From positions 1 to 64,000 of the forward strand of contig CAXXWC010000002.1 in the NCBI GenBank assembly GCA_963668645.2: 64,000 nt of DNA, written 5' to 3'. Each line of letters begins with the position of its first letter. Within the stretch, counting starts at the first letter, position 1. This DNA is from Desulfobacterales bacterium. GTDB taxonomy: Bacteria > Desulfobacterota > Desulfobacteria > Desulfobacterales > UBA2174. The translations under genes were made by a program, and so were the position numbers. The notes under the pieces are model-generated. The model made no database searches, was not told the DNA's origin, and worked only from the letters and a program-made list of their open reading frames with translations. Of the stretch, positions 46,247 to 56,874 are shown piece after piece.

Positions 46247-46681
46247 TTAGAAGGCCCCCAATTGGCAGGGTTTGATCTTCAATCCCAGTTTTTCACAGGC
46301 CCGGGCCACAAGGAAGCGCTTCACGCCGAAGGCGTCCGCGATCTCCCAGCATTGTTCGCATGAGATTTTTCGTTCACAGGCGTCCCGTTCCAGCGCTTCG
46401 GCCAAAAGCGGCGTCACCTCCGCGGCCGGCTCGACGATCTTGCCCTGGGTGCGGTAGCCGAACAGCCCCATCTGGCAATGTTTGATCCTTTTTTCCAGTA
46501 AATCGATGGTCGTTCCCACCTCTGCCGGCGCAACCCGTAAATCCGTGGCGATTTGATGCGCATCCCGGCAGGTCACTTCGCCGTTATCGGCCTTGGCGTT
46601 TACCGCTGCAGCGATTTCCGGATCGGCAGTGCTTCCCGGCGGATGTTTGGCCGCGTAATGTCCGGCATCTTCATGCCCCAT
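46247..46681 (-). CDS. Conserved hypothetical protein with duplicated Cys-containing domain
   Basis: Two repeats ending IKHCQMGLF and IKPCQLGAF, each preceded by a C-x-x-(A/C) motif. Confidence 0.75.
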   Translation of the reverse strand: MGHEDAGHYAAKHPPGSTADPEIAAAVNAKADNGEVTCRDAHQIATDLRVAPAEVGTTIDLLEKRIKHCQMGLFGYRTQGKIVEPAAEVTPLLAEALERDACERKISCEQCWEIADAFGVKRFLVARACEKLGLKIKPCQLGAF

Positions 46682-46834
46682 GGTTCACCTCATCATAGTT
46701 GGTCATAAAATTTCATCTTCTACCGATAAGTCTCTACTCGACTGGTCGATCAAGGTCAAGGACGGATGGGCGAAGCGTGAAATCGGTAGCCGGCGCTGGA
46801 CGTTCAACCAGCTGTTGGCGTATAACCGGATCAA

Positions 46835-49800
46835 ATGACTGCACTGCGCCTGAAAACTCTCGGATGGATACTGCTGGCGGCCGCAGGGCTGATCGTGGCC
46901 GCCGCCCTGATGACCCCGCATCTGCTGGATACCGACGCTGCACGCCGCACGATCGCCAGTTTTCTGGAAGCCCGGTTGGGCCGCAAGGTGGTCATCGGCG
47001 GCCGCTTGCGCTTTACCCTGATGCCCCATACGGGCTTTGTGATCGAGGACCTGCGCATCTCCGAAACAGCCGCTTTCGGCGGCGGCGAGGCCGCCCGCCT
47101 CCAGACGGTGGAAGTGGCCCTGGACCCGCTGCCCCTGCTGCACCGCCGCCTGGTCCTGGAATCGATCCGGATCCGCTCGCCCCGGCTGCGCCTGATCCGC
47201 AACGCCCGGGGGGAAACCAGCTGGGATCAACCGGGTGCCGGCGAGGCCAGTCCGGTGGAAGGATTGGGGATCGGCGGCGCCAGCGTGCTGCTCGAATTCA
47301 ATACGCTGCAGGTTCAGGACGGACAAATCGAATTCATCGATTTGCAGCATCAACGCCACTTTCGGTTTTCCCGCATCGACTTTCTGCGCAGCGGGAAACA
47401 GGACCACGATTTTTCGCTTTCCGCCGAAGCCGCCTGCGACGGCTGCGAGACGGCCGGATTGGATCGCTTGGCCGCCCGCCTGCAAAGTTCCGGGCACTGC
47501 CGCTTGTCATTGCAAGAAAGGCTTTTGACCCTCGAAGGGGCCGACTTGAAAATCGATCTTTTGCGCCGCACCCCGTCCGGCGCGCCGGCCGACCTGGCCA
47601 GCCTCAGTGGTCAATTGAGCGGGGCCTGGCCTCAAGGACCGATCCGTCTGGAAAAGCTCCTGCTCAAAACCCCGGGAGGCAGTCTTCACGGCGAATTGAA
47701 AGGTCTTTTGAACCAAGAGACATGCTCAGCCACCGGTCCTCTCAGAATCAAGATCGACGATCTGAAACGCCTTGTCGAAAATTACGGCGGCTCACCTCCG
47801 CCTTTTTTCGAAAAATGGCTGCCCCGGGCCGATATCGCCTTTGACCTGTCCGCCGCTGCCGGAACCCTTGCCCTCGACCGCATCCAGGGGCAGCTCGGCG
47901 CAGAGCCGATCAGCGGCAGGATGACCTTCGCGTCCGGCGAACCGGCCCTGATCAGCGCTGTCTTGAAGACTGGCGAGCTCGACCTGGACAGATTCATAAC
48001 CCCTGACGGGGCGTCGCCGCCCTCCGGTCCGCCGCTTGCCGGGCTGATCGGTGCGCCGATAGGCCTGGACCTGGTCCTTGAGGCCGATTCCGTCGCCTGG
48101 CGGGGTGAGAAATTCACCGCCCCCCGCATCGAAATCCGCGGCCGTCCAAAGTCGGGTTGGGACCTGGACTCCGCCACCGCGGTCTGGCACGATGCGTCTT
48201 TGAGTATCAACGGGAGCCTGCGGCCCGAGGAGCGGAATGTCCGCACGGCGCTGAATATCGCGGCCCTGGGCGTTGAAAGCGGGCGGCTCTGGAAATTGGC
48301 CGGCGCCGGCGGCGAAGTCAGCGGCCCCATGGACCTCGCCATCCACCTGCAGAGCCATGGCGCCGATTGGGAATCCCTGGCACACAACCTCGCCGCCAGC
48401 ACTTCCATTACCCCCCGCGGGGCTCTGAAGATCGGAGGAGCGGAACACCCTGCCATCTCCGGAACCCTCCACGCCGAAACCGGTCCTGAAGGGGCCTTGC
48501 GGCTGACCTCCGAATGGGGCATCAGCCAGCCGGCCCTGCACGGTCGATTGACCCTGGAAGGCACCCGTGCCCCCGGGTGGGCAGGATTGGAGGACGCCCG
48601 CCTGCAAATGGACATCGAATCCGCCGACCTTCCCGAGGCCCAAAAACGATTCGAGCTGGAGGGAAGCCTCTCCCTCACGACCGAAAAACTGAGGCTCGAC
48701 TACCGGGTCGAACGGTTCAGCGCCTTCGGTCTCCAGGGACAGGGCCGGCTCCAATGGCCTGTCGCCGGTGATCTTAGGAGGGTGCAGGCCAGTTTGGATG
48801 TCCCTGCCTTCCAGGCCCGGCCCTGGTTGGCCCTGATGGGTATGAAACTTCCGGCCGGCACCAGGGCCGAAGTCTTGCAGCGGCTGGGATTTTCAGCAAG
48901 CCTCGATCTGGCCCCGCCCGACCTGGCGGTCCGGGACCTGGTCCTTGTCGTGGACGATACCACGGTCCGCGGCGGATTCGACCTGACAGATGATACGCCG
49001 CTGAAATTGCGCTTCACGTTGGACGCCGATGACATCGATCTGGATCGCTACCGCCTTTCAGAGACGACAACCGAGGCTTCGGGCGAAAATCCGGCTGCAA
49101 GCGTCCTCGGGCGCATCGATGCACAGGGAACTTTGAACCTCGATCGGCTGCACCTGCTGGGATGCGAGGCCTACGACATTTCCAGCCGCATTCGAACCGC
49201 CGAAGGTCGGATCTACCTCGATTCTTTCGACGGGAACCTGTACCAGGGCCGGATAGATGCCGATGCCATGCTGGCGCTGGACGGATCCGATCCGGCCTGG
49301 CGCCTCAAGGCCACCTTGCGTCAAGTCGCCCTCCTGGAGCCGCTGCAACAGATCTTCGAGGTCCCGGTCCTTTCCGGGCTGGCCGATATCGATGCCCAGC
49401 TTTCCGAACGGCGCCGGGACGATGCCGCCTCGCGAGTCGCCGGGCTTTGCGGCCAGATCGACTGGGTTCTCAATCAAGGGGCGATCCATGGCATCTGCAT
49501 CGTACCCCAGAAGGCTCCGGAGACGGCCGGATCCGCCGACTGCGGTCCGGCACCTGACGATCAGAGACAACCTTTTGACGAAATTCGGGGCAACTGGCAG
49601 ATCACCGACGGCGTGGCGGCCACCCAATCCCACCGGCTTACCGCCGAGGGCCTCTTCATGGCGGTAGCCGGAAAAGTGGATCTGGTGCAAAAAAGGCTGG
49701 ATGCCACCCTTGCGGTGGACATTCAGGGCATGCCGACCGTCTATTACGGGCTCGCCGGTCCCTTTGACGGCATCCAGGTCGAAATGGACAAGAGCCGCCT

Positions 49801-50197
49801 GATGATCGACGGGGCCAATCAAATCGTGGGGTCGCCTTTGGTCCTGGGCCGCGGGGTCCTCGGTTCCGGAGCCGATATCCTGGAAAAGGGGCGCCAGACC
49901 ATCGGCGACGACAGCGGCCTCCAACGCATGGGCCAGGGGGCTCTGGGGGCCGGCAAAGGGGTCCTGCGGCTGGGCCAGGGGGTGCTGGAGATCGGAAAAG
50001 GCACCGAAAAAGTGGAAGAAGGTCTCAAGGATCTGGGCCAGAGCGCCCTGGATCTGGGCAACGGCGCGATCGGTCTGGGAACGGATGTCGTCGGTGTTTT
50101 CGAAAAGGTGGGGCAGAAACTCGGCAATCTATTCGGCGGTGCCGCTGTGCAAAAGGAACCGAACGATACCACGACAAAGCAGAAAGCCTCGGATTGA
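46835..50197 (+). CDS. Large AsmA family protein (two AsmA-like segments)
   Basis: N-terminal TM; LGRKVVIGG; repeated (E/D)LDLDR motifs; Gly-rich amphipathic C-terminus. Confidence 0.8.
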   Translation: MTALRLKTLGWILLAAAGLIVAAALMTPHLLDTDAARRTIASFLEARLGRKVVIGGRLRFTLMPHTGFVIEDLRISETAAFGGGEAARLQTVEVALDPLPLLHRRLVLESIRIRSPRLRLIRNARGETSWDQPGAGEASPVEGLGIGGASVLLEFNTLQVQDGQIEFIDLQHQRHFRFSRIDFLRSGKQDHDFSLSAEAACDGCETAGLDRLAARLQSSGHCRLSLQERLLTLEGADLKIDLLRRTPSGAPADLASLSGQLSGAWPQGPIRLEKLLLKTPGGSLHGELKGLLNQETCSATGPLRIKIDDLKRLVENYGGSPPPFFEKWLPRADIAFDLSAAAGTLALDRIQGQLGAEPISGRMTFASGEPALISAVLKTGELDLDRFITPDGASPPSGPPLAGLIGAPIGLDLVLEADSVAWRGEKFTAPRIEIRGRPKSGWDLDSATAVWHDASLSINGSLRPEERNVRTALNIAALGVESGRLWKLAGAGGEVSGPMDLAIHLQSHGADWESLAHNLAASTSITPRGALKIGGAEHPAISGTLHAETGPEGALRLTSEWGISQPALHGRLTLEGTRAPGWAGLEDARLQMDIESADLPEAQKRFELEGSLSLTTEKLRLDYRVERFSAFGLQGQGRLQWPVAGDLRRVQASLDVPAFQARPWLALMGMKLPAGTRAEVLQRLGFSASLDLAPPDLAVRDLVLVVDDTTVRGGFDLTDDTPLKLRFTLDADDIDLDRYRLSETTTEASGENPAASVLGRIDAQGTLNLDRLHLLGCEAYDISSRIRTAEGRIYLDSFDGNLYQGRIDADAMLALDGSDPAWRLKATLRQVALLEPLQQIFEVPVLSGLADIDAQLSERRRDDAASRVAGLCGQIDWVLNQGAIHGICIVPQKAPETAGSADCGPAPDDQRQPFDEIRGNWQITDGVAATQSHRLTAEGLFMAVAGKVDLVQKRLDATLAVDIQGMPTVYYGLAGPFDGIQVEMDKSRLMIDGANQIVGSPLVLGRGVLGSGADILEKGRQTIGDDSGLQRMGQGALGAGKGVLRLGQGVLEIGKGTEKVEEGLKDLGQSALDLGNGAIGLGTDVVGVFEKVGQKLGNLFGGAAVQKEPNDTTTKQKASD

Positions 50198-50284
50198 AAA
50201 AAAACTCCACCCCGGTTATAGCCATATCCCCAGTGAACAACCACCAATGACCGGCCAAGGCCGGCCAAACCATGGAGACTGCTG

Positions 50285-51295
50285 ATGATACGTACCGTCA
50301 TTCGCGGCACCGGCCGCTATCTCCCCCCGCGAGTGTTGACCAACGACGACCTGACCCGCTGGATGGACACCTCCGACGAATGGATTCGCCAGCGCACCGG
50401 TATCGAACAACGGCACTGGATCGACCCGGAAAACCCCCAGGGTGCTTCCGAACTCGGTCTTGAAGCGGCCCGGATAGCGCTGGAGCGGGCAGGTTGGCAG
50501 GCGACGGACATCGACCTGATCATCTTTGCGACCCTGAGCCCGGACGTCTTTTTTCCCGGCTCCGGTTGCCTGCTGCAGAACCTGTTGGGGCTCGAAACCA
50601 CGCCGGCTCTGGATATCCGCCAGCAGTGCACCGGTTTTCTCTATGGCATGGCCACGGCCGATGCCTTCATCCGCAGCGGCATGTATCGACGCATTCTGTT
50701 CGTGGGGGCCGAGGTTCACTCCACCGGCCTGGACGTCTCCACCGAGGGGCGGGACGTTACCGTGATCTTCGGTGACGGGGCCGCGGCGGTCTGTTTCGAG
50801 GCTTTGGAAACCGACGCCGCTGTCGGGGTATTGGGCCAGCGCCTGCATGCCCAGGGGGAGTTTGCAGAGAGTCTCATGGTCGAGGCGCCGGCTTCACGTC
50901 TCTGGCCGCGGCTCGATGAACGGATGATGCGCGAAAAACGACATTTCCCGCGCATGAACGGAAAGTTGATTTTCAAGCTGGCCCTGCGCCGTCTGCCTGA
51001 GGTGACCATGGCGGTGCTGGCCGACGCGGGTATCGGCAAGGATGATGTCGATCTTTACATCCCCCACCAAGCCAACATGCGCATCAACCAGTTTTTCGAA
51101 AAGCAGATGGAACTGGCTGAAGGCAAGGTCTACCACAACATCCAGCGCTACGGAAACACCACCGCGGCCACGATTCCGCTGGCCATCGACGAGGCCCTGG
51201 AAAACGGGCAGATCGGTCCGGGCAGCACGATCTGTTGTCTCGGCTTGGGGGCCGGGGTGACCTGGGGCGCCTCGCTCTACCGGTTTCCGGACTGA
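50285..51295 (+). CDS. fabH: 3-oxoacyl-ACP synthase III
   Basis: DTSDEWIRQRTGI, QQCTGF (Cys), FGDGA, PHQAN (His), YGNT (Asn). Confidence 0.92.
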   Translation: MIRTVIRGTGRYLPPRVLTNDDLTRWMDTSDEWIRQRTGIEQRHWIDPENPQGASELGLEAARIALERAGWQATDIDLIIFATLSPDVFFPGSGCLLQNLLGLETTPALDIRQQCTGFLYGMATADAFIRSGMYRRILFVGAEVHSTGLDVSTEGRDVTVIFGDGAAAVCFEALETDAAVGVLGQRLHAQGEFAESLMVEAPASRLWPRLDERMMREKRHFPRMNGKLIFKLALRRLPEVTMAVLADAGIGKDDVDLYIPHQANMRINQFFEKQMELAEGKVYHNIQRYGNTTAATIPLAIDEALENGQIGPGSTICCLGLGAGVTWGASLYRFPD

Positions 51296-52917
51296 AAAGG
51301 GAGCCCCTGCTTGAAAAGGGTTTCCAGGTACCAGCGGGCCGTTGCATCCAGATCCTCGGAAAAAGGCCGGCCGCCGTTGCGACCGGCCATCTGGGTGCGA
51401 AGGCCCGTGGCCATGGTCTTGCCCAGTTCCACGCCGTACTGGTCGAAGGGATTGATGCCCCAGAGGAAGGCCTCGTAGACGGTGCGCGCCTCGTAAAACG
51501 AGAGCAGCCGCCCCACGTTGTAAGGGCTCAGGTCCTCCATGAGCAGCGTCGATGAAGGCCGGTTGCCCTCGAAGCGGCGTTCCGGTGGTCCATCCGGCTT
51601 TCCCACGGCCAGGGCGTGTGATTGGGCCACCAGGTTGGCCCAGAGCTCCTGGTGGTTGGTCACCCCTTTGGTGCGTACATCGTCATGGCTGTAGCGCGGG
51701 CGTACCACCCCGATGAACTCGATGGGAAACGGGCGTCCCTGGTGGGCAAGCTGGAAAAAGCTGTGCTGGGCGCAGGTGCCCGGCTCGCCGAAGACGATGG
51801 GGCCGGTGGTCACCGGAAGGGGCCGGCCCTCGATATCCACCGACTTGCCGTTGCTTTCCATGTTGAGCTGCTGCACATGGGCCGGCAGCTTGGCCAGGGG
51901 CTCGGCGTAGGGGATGATTCCCAGGGCCGGGTAGCCGAGAAAATTCGTGTTCCAGACGGTGAGCAGGGCCGCCAGCAGGGGCAGGTTGCCAGCTGCGGGG
52001 GCCTCGGCGGCGTGGCGGTCCATATCCGCGGCGCCGCGCAGCAGTTCTTCAAAGCGCTCGTAACCCAGATAGAGGCTCAGCGGCACCCCGCCGACAGCCG
52101 AGGTGAGACTGTAGCGGCCGCCGATGAAATCGAACATGTGAAAGGCGGCCAGTACGGGCCGCGACGGATCGTCTCCCGGGCTTCCCTTGGCGGTCACCGT
52201 GACGGTATGCCGGGCCGGGTCCAGCCCCTTGGCACGCATGAACTGTTGGGCCTGCACGGCGTTGGCCATGGTCTCGGTGGTGGTATAGCTCTTGGAGATG
52301 ACCACCCACAAGGTAGCCTCCGGATCGACGGCAGCGGCCACGCGGCCGAAGTTGTGGATGTCCACGTTGGCCAGAAAATGCAGCCGCATCCCGGCCAGGG
52401 CGTCCTCAGCCAAGGCGTGGGCCGCAAAGGCGGTGCCGAGGTAGGAGCCGCCGATGCCCACCACCACGATGTCGCGAAACCGTTTGCCGGTGGATCCGGT
52501 GATGCGCCCGGTCTGCACGGCGGCGGCAAAATCCCTGATTTTTTCGCGTACCGCCTGGATTTCGGGCATCACGTCATGGCCGTTGACCGACACCGGAGCA
52601 TCACCGAAGCGGCGCGCAGCGGTGTGCAGGGCGGCCCGCTTTTCGGTGTAATTGACGATTTCACCGCTGATCATGCGCCGGAAGGATCCGTCCAGATCGC
52701 GCTGGGCCGCCAGTTCCAGCAGGGCCGTGATCACCTCGGCGGTCACGCGCTGGCGCGAAAAATCGTAAAACAGGCCGCCGCCCGAGACGCTGAAGGCCTC
52801 CAACCGGCCAGGGGCCTGGACCAGATGGCGCAGATGGCGTTCCGGGCTTTGCATGCGGGCGGCCAATCCGCCTAGAACGGGCCAGGCGGCCAGGCGGGTA
52901 AGGGGAGAAAGCGACAT
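51277..52917 (-). CDS. pgi: Glucose-6-phosphate isomerase
   Basis: GIGGSYLG, SKSYTT, GGRYS, QQLNMESNGK, QHSFFQ, INPFDQYGVELGK. Confidence 0.95.
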   Translation of the reverse strand: MSLSPLTRLAAWPVLGGLAARMQSPERHLRHLVQAPGRLEAFSVSGGGLFYDFSRQRVTAEVITALLELAAQRDLDGSFRRMISGEIVNYTEKRAALHTAARRFGDAPVSVNGHDVMPEIQAVREKIRDFAAAVQTGRITGSTGKRFRDIVVVGIGGSYLGTAFAAHALAEDALAGMRLHFLANVDIHNFGRVAAAVDPEATLWVVISKSYTTTETMANAVQAQQFMRAKGLDPARHTVTVTAKGSPGDDPSRPVLAAFHMFDFIGGRYSLTSAVGGVPLSLYLGYERFEELLRGAADMDRHAAEAPAAGNLPLLAALLTVWNTNFLGYPALGIIPYAEPLAKLPAHVQQLNMESNGKSVDIEGRPLPVTTGPIVFGEPGTCAQHSFFQLAHQGRPFPIEFIGVVRPRYSHDDVRTKGVTNHQELWANLVAQSHALAVGKPDGPPERRFEGNRPSSTLLMEDLSPYNVGRLLSFYEARTVYEAFLWGINPFDQYGVELGKTMATGLRTQMAGRNGGRPFSEDLDATARWYLETLFKQGLPFQSGNR

Positions 52918-52955
52918 GGCGTCACCTCCAGAACGGAAATGTTTTCAAGGGGGAT

Positions 52956-53144
52956 TCAAGCTCGGCGCTGGCAGGAAATCGTTTCGGCCAGGACCTCCTG
53001 GATCCGGTCGATGCGCTGGCAGCCATCTCGGCAAGCCGGGAATTCCACCTGCCGGGCGCAGTCCTTGCAAGGACTCTTGACCAGATAGCCGACTTCGAAA
53101 TCGAAGCGTGAACGAAAGCGGATATAGCGAATCTTGGGTTTCAT
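52956..53144 (-). CDS. Small Cys-rich hypothetical protein
   Basis: KSPCKDC...FPACRDGC motif; lies upstream of pgi on the same strand; start uncertain. Confidence 0.6.
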   Translation of the reverse strand: MKPKIRYIRFRSRFDFEVGYLVKSPCKDCARQVEFPACRDGCQRIDRIQEVLAETISCQRRA

Positions 53145-53290
53145 CTTGCCTGCGCCAAGCCGGGCGCCAGGCCCGACAGGGGACACAAGCACCGGGACGG
53201 TTGCATCGTTATGCCGAAATGATTAGCATACCGATTCCCGGTTCTCAAGATCAAACCCATTTAAATACCATGATAGCAGGTGCCGATCCC

Positions 53291-54019
53291 ATGCCCAAGA
53301 GCCAATCCAGACCGACTTCTGGCAGCGACCATCGCCGGCCTTCGCCCGGCGTCCTGACATTCACCCGGGTCATTGTCCTGTGCGGCGCTGCCGGAGCCGG
53401 TGCGGCCCTGTTCTGGGTTTTTCTTGATGCCGCCGGAGCCTTGACCGCAACGGCGCAGCAGGGGGCCATCTTTTCCTGGCCGTTGCAGGCCGCAATCCTT
53501 GCCGGGGCCCTGGCGGTACTGGTTCTCGCGGCGATTCTGCTGCGCCGGGCCGCGCCGAGCGAGCCGATGCCTGCGGTCAAGGCCTCACCCGCCCCGAGGG
53601 TCGATCCCCAGGCCCGGGCCGCAGCCCAAGCCCGTGAAACGCGGCTTTTTGTCCATCTGCTGAAGCGCCTGCAGCGCGAAGGCCGGTTGATGGACTTTCT
53701 GGCCGAGGACCTGGAGGCCTACGACGACGCCCAGATCGGCGCCGCCGCGCGCAGCGTGCATGCCGGCTGCCGCCGGGTGGTGGAAAAACTTTTCGCCCCC
53801 AAGCCGGTGATGGCCGAGGCCGAAGACGCCCGGGTGATCCTGGGCGAAGACTACGACCCGGCCGCCATCACCCTCACCGGCCGCGTGGGCGAGCGGCCGC
53901 CGTTTGAGGGCATCGTGCGCCACACGGGCTGGCGCGCCGCCAGCATCGAGATTCCGCTGCTGGCCGAGGAAACCGATCCAGCGATCATCGCCCCTGCCGA
54001 AGTCGAAGTGGTGGATTGA
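53291..54019 (+). CDS. DUF2760 domain membrane protein
   Basis: LQREGRLMDFL.ED...DAQIGAAAR.VH.GC...G..RH.GW...IAPAEVEV. Confidence 0.85.
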   Translation: MPKSQSRPTSGSDHRRPSPGVLTFTRVIVLCGAAGAGAALFWVFLDAAGALTATAQQGAIFSWPLQAAILAGALAVLVLAAILLRRAAPSEPMPAVKASPAPRVDPQARAAAQARETRLFVHLLKRLQREGRLMDFLAEDLEAYDDAQIGAAARSVHAGCRRVVEKLFAPKPVMAEAEDARVILGEDYDPAAITLTGRVGERPPFEGIVRHTGWRAASIEIPLLAEETDPAIIAPAEVEVVD

Positions 54020-54037
54020 CCGCTCAAAGGAGTTCAC

Positions 54038-56776
54038 TTGTCCCAAGACGCGCGTTTCATCGTCGGCATCGACCTGGGAACCACCAACAGCGCCCTGGCC
54101 TATATCGATCTGCAGGCGGAACCCGAAGACCGGCGGCAGATCCGGATCTTCGAGATCGCCCAGCTTACCGGTCCGGGCGAGGTGAGCCGGCTGCCGGTTC
54201 TGCCCTCCTTCCTTTATCTGCCGGGCCGTTTCGACATCGCTGCGGAGGCCATCGGACTGCCCTGGGCCCGGGCCAGCGACCGCTTCGTGGGCGCCTATGC
54301 CCGCGATCACGGGGCCAAGGTTCCGGCCCGGCTGGTCAGTTCGGCCAAAAGCTGGCTCTGCCACGGCCGGGTGGACCGCGAGGCCCCCATTCTGCCCCGG
54401 GACGCCGGGGACGACATCGCCAAAGTCTCCCCGGTGACCGCCACGGCCGCCTACCTCGATCACCTGCGCCAGGCCTGGAACCACCACTGGGGCCAGGATG
54501 AGGACCTGTACCTCGAACACCAGAACCTGGTCATCACCGTGCCGGCCTCCTTTGACGAGGTGGCCCGAGATCTGACCGTCAAGGCCGCGGTCCTGGCCGG
54601 GCTGCCGGGCGCCGTGCTGCTCGAAGAACCCCTGGCCGCCTTCTACAGCTGGCTGTCGGACCACGAAGAGGACTGGCAGGCCCATGTGGCCCCGCAAGAG
54701 CTGGTGGTGGTCTGCGACGTGGGCGGCGGAACCACCGATTTCACCCTGATCACCCTGAGCCCGGCCGACGGCGGGCCCCGCTTCGAGCGCATCGCCGTGG
54801 GGGATCATCTCATCCTGGGGGGCGACAACATCGACATCGCCCTGGCGCACGAGGTCCTGCACCGCATCGGCCGTTCGGCGGCCTCGGTGCCCATGGACCA
54901 GTACAAGTCGCTTTGCCATCAATGCCGCCAGGCCAAGGAGCGGCTTTTGAACGGGGAGGTCGAATCCTGCCGCATCACCGTGGCCGGGACCGGCCGCCGT
55001 CTCATCGCCGGAACCCTTTCCGCCGAACTGAACCGCGAGACGGTGGTCAGCATCGTGATGGACCAGTTTCTGCCGGCCTCGGGCCGCTCGGCGGCCCCAC
55101 CGGTGGACAGCGAGGGGCTCCACGGCCTTCCTTTTGCCGCCGAGCAGGCCATCACCGGCCACCTGATCGACTTTCTCCAGCGCCACCGGCCGGATGCCGA
55201 ACGGATTCTCAACCATGCCGATCCGCGCCCCGACCTGATCCTCTTCAACGGGGGCTCGCTGAAATCGATGCCGATCCAGGATCGGATCTGCCGGGTATTG
55301 GCCGACCGTTTCGGGCCCGAAACCGGTCCCCGGGTGCTGGAGAATCCGCGCCCGGATCTGGCCGTGGCCGCCGGGGCTGCCTACTACGGTTGGGTCAAGG
55401 CCGGCCGGGGGGTGCGGGTCGGCTCGGGCAGCGCCCGGGCCTATTATCTGGGCGTGGCAGGACCGGACGGCGGCAGCGACGCTTCCCAGGCCGTCTGCCT
55501 GGTGGAAAGAGGGCTGGAGGAGGGAAGCCGCATCGCCCTGGACGCCCATCGGCTCGAGGTGGTGGCCAACCGCCCGGTGCGCTTCGATCTGTTCTCCTCC
55601 AGTTACCGCAGCGGCGATCGGTGCGGCGATCTGGTGGCGGTGGACGAAACCCTTTCACGGCTGCCGCCCCTGGAAACGGTGGTCGCCTTCGGGCGCGGCG
55701 GCGAGGCGCGGCGCATCCCGGTGCAGGTCGAGGCACTGTACAGCGAAACCGGGACCCTCTCGCTCTGGTGTGCCAGCCAGGCCAGCGATCACCGGTGGCA
55801 GTTGCGTTTCCAACTGCGCGGCGCCTCCACCAGGCCCGATGTCCCGGTGGAAGCGGCCATCGACGCCCAGGCCCTGGAAACGGCGGTGCGGGCTGCCGCC
55901 GCCGCCTTTGAAAGTGAAGATCATCGCAGCATCGACGAACTGGCCGCCGTTCTGGCCGGGAAGGTGCAGATCGACAAGGAGCAATGGCCGTTGAGCCTCT
56001 TGCGGGGCGTGGCCGATGCCCTGCTCGACGTCGATCGGTGCCGTCGCTGCTCCCCGGTCCATGAGGCGCGCTGGCTCAACCTGGGGGGATACTGCCTGCG
56101 GCCCGGATTCGGCGACGGGGCCGACCCCCACCGCCTCAAACGGTTGTGGCGGATCTATCTCCAGGGCCCGCAATTTTCCGGCAAACCCCAGGTGCGCAGC
56201 GAATGGTGGATCGTCTGGCGGCGTGTTTCCGGCGGACTCAGCGCCGGCCAGCAGCGCCAGTTTCTCCAGGACATCGCCGGCCAGCTGGCCAGGGAACGTT
56301 CCGGATCGGCGGTGCATACCGAGATGTGGATGGCCCTGGCCAGCATGGAACGCCTGCTGGTCAAGGACAAGATCAAGCTGGGCCGCAGCCTGCTGGAAAG
56401 CCTGTCTCCCCGCAAGCCGGTGCCCCAGCTTTTCTGGGCACTGGGACGCCTCGGGGCGCGCGAGCTGCTTTACGGCAGCGTGGACCGGGTGGTCCCTGCC
56501 GGAGAGGCCGCCGTCTGGATCGAGCGGCTCACAGGCACTGCCTGGCGCAACCCCAAACCGGTGGCTGCTGCCGTGGTGCAGTTGGCCCGGCGCACCGCAG
56601 ACCGCACCCGGGACCTTTCCCCGGAGCGTTTGGATAAGGTCTGTCGCTGGCTTGCAGACAACGGGGCCGGCTCGCGGCAGATGCGTATGGTCGAGGAGGT
56701 GGTGGACCTGGCGCCGGTGGAGCAGGGCGCTCTATTCGGCGAGGCCCTGCCGGTGGGCCTGGTGCTGAAGAGCTGA
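54038..56776 (+). CDS. Atypical Hsp70-family protein with long C-terminal extension (DUF3731-like)
   Basis: GIDLGTTNS, TVPASFD, EEPLAAF, DVGGGTTDF, LGGDNID; C-terminal WLNLGGYCLRPGFG. Confidence 0.88.
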   Translation: MSQDARFIVGIDLGTTNSALAYIDLQAEPEDRRQIRIFEIAQLTGPGEVSRLPVLPSFLYLPGRFDIAAEAIGLPWARASDRFVGAYARDHGAKVPARLVSSAKSWLCHGRVDREAPILPRDAGDDIAKVSPVTATAAYLDHLRQAWNHHWGQDEDLYLEHQNLVITVPASFDEVARDLTVKAAVLAGLPGAVLLEEPLAAFYSWLSDHEEDWQAHVAPQELVVVCDVGGGTTDFTLITLSPADGGPRFERIAVGDHLILGGDNIDIALAHEVLHRIGRSAASVPMDQYKSLCHQCRQAKERLLNGEVESCRITVAGTGRRLIAGTLSAELNRETVVSIVMDQFLPASGRSAAPPVDSEGLHGLPFAAEQAITGHLIDFLQRHRPDAERILNHADPRPDLILFNGGSLKSMPIQDRICRVLADRFGPETGPRVLENPRPDLAVAAGAAYYGWVKAGRGVRVGSGSARAYYLGVAGPDGGSDASQAVCLVERGLEEGSRIALDAHRLEVVANRPVRFDLFSSSYRSGDRCGDLVAVDETLSRLPPLETVVAFGRGGEARRIPVQVEALYSETGTLSLWCASQASDHRWQLRFQLRGASTRPDVPVEAAIDAQALETAVRAAAAAFESEDHRSIDELAAVLAGKVQIDKEQWPLSLLRGVADALLDVDRCRRCSPVHEARWLNLGGYCLRPGFGDGADPHRLKRLWRIYLQGPQFSGKPQVRSEWWIVWRRVSGGLSAGQQRQFLQDIAGQLARERSGSAVHTEMWMALASMERLLVKDKIKLGRSLLESLSPRKPVPQLFWALGRLGARELLYGSVDRVVPAGEAAVWIERLTGTAWRNPKPVAAAVVQLARRTADRTRDLSPERLDKVCRWLADNGAGSRQMRMVEEVVDLAPVEQGALFGEALPVGLVLKS

Positions 56777-56874
56777 GCCCTGGCCGCCTAAAAAAGGCTA
56801 ACGCAGCGGATGCATAAATCGGTTAAAGTCCATTTATATTGAGTTGTTGTATATAGAATGGGATGCCGGTCGGT

